Below are positions 63,201 to 64,000 of a DNA stretch of 64,000 nucleotides, in pieces. This DNA is from Octopus sinensis. Taxonomy: Eukaryota. The notes beneath the pieces are model-generated. The model had not been told where the DNA came from. It did no database searches and worked only from the letters and a program-made list of their open reading frames with translations. Location of the stretch: positions 4,278,001 to 4,342,000 of the forward strand of contig NC_043016.1 in the NCBI RefSeq assembly GCF_006345805.1. Direction: 5' to 3'. How positions within the stretch are numbered: position 1 is the first letter of the stretch; each line of letters begins with the position of its first letter. Made by a program: the position numbers and the translations under genes.

Positions 63201-64000
63201 TCAACATACTTTTGTCTGATGCATGCAAGCAAAGAAATGTAGACATTAAAATGGTGATGATGATGATGATGATAATGGTGATATATGTATATAATTAACT
63301 GATACAGGGATTGAACTCACAGATACCTTATAGACTTTCAACACTTGAAACCTAATCAATGCTTTTAATCATTCGCTCTACAGAAAGTAGTGAGCTCAAT
63401 CCAGTGACATTCAGTTTAGATCTATTCTCAGGTTCAAGTGGTATGTGTAAGTAGCATCACAAGTGGAATAACTAATATAAGAATATGGGAAACAGAACAA
63501 GAATAATCTTCCCTTGTGCACTTGATAAAGATTTCAGTTCAAAATCTTACAAATTACTGAAACTAGATTGTACAACAGTTGAAACATCATAACTGTAACA
63601 ACCAAGATGGGGACACTAATCCTGATATATCAGTATGTCCATAGAATGAGACAAAAAAAAAGCTTAATTAGTTATGAGGATGTTGCTGTTACTAAAAGAA
63701 AGCAATTATTAAAGTCTACATGCATAGAAAATTCCTAAAATTTCTAATTTTAATATATCTTTATCAGAATGTATTTTTAAAATTCTTTTATCATTGAAGA
63801 TTTCAGCTATACTTTTCAAGCAGAAAATTAATTTTAGTTCATTGCAAGATAACATTTTTTTAACACTGTGAGATAGTTTTGTCCTTCACCTTTCTTTCTC
63901 TGTGTGTGTGTGTTTTTTTTTTTTGTTTTGTTTTTTGTCTCTCTTGCTCTACACTTCATGACAATATCACAATTTTTAAATATTTATATTTAATTTATAT

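Noticed and set aside
1-64000. Global antisense bias of LINEs as evidence for host strand
   Set aside because: RTE and Tx1 fragments occur on both strands; a possible + strand Dong end near 37700-37950 also weakens the family-level bias.

Overview
AT-rich, microsatellite-dense eukaryotic DNA. The SINE and LINE families resemble those I recall from octopus genomes, so a cephalopod origin is inferred, not verified. The window reads as mostly intron of a large + strand gene I cannot name. The best host evidence is two phase-0/0 exons 37 kb apart (12546-12626 and 49853-49978) whose 5' ends look homologous, suggesting duplicated alternative exons. The rest is layered transposon debris: Penelope-like fold-backs, R4/Dong, Tx1, CR1 and RTE LINE fragments, three tRNA-derived SINE groups, piggyBac and Tc1/mariner deletion derivatives, and a Helitron-superfamily non-autonomous element. 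No intact autonomous element is present. The most notable observations: (1) a Penelope 3' end carrying a tRNA-like Pol III promoter just upstream of a hammerhead ribozyme; (2) a 3' stem-loop with compensatory changes shared by a CR1 LINE and SINEs; (3) two adjacent twin-priming-like RTE inversions; (4) a microsatellite-only insert flanked by an apparent target-site duplication. All alignments were done by eye, and boundaries of degenerate repeats are approximate.
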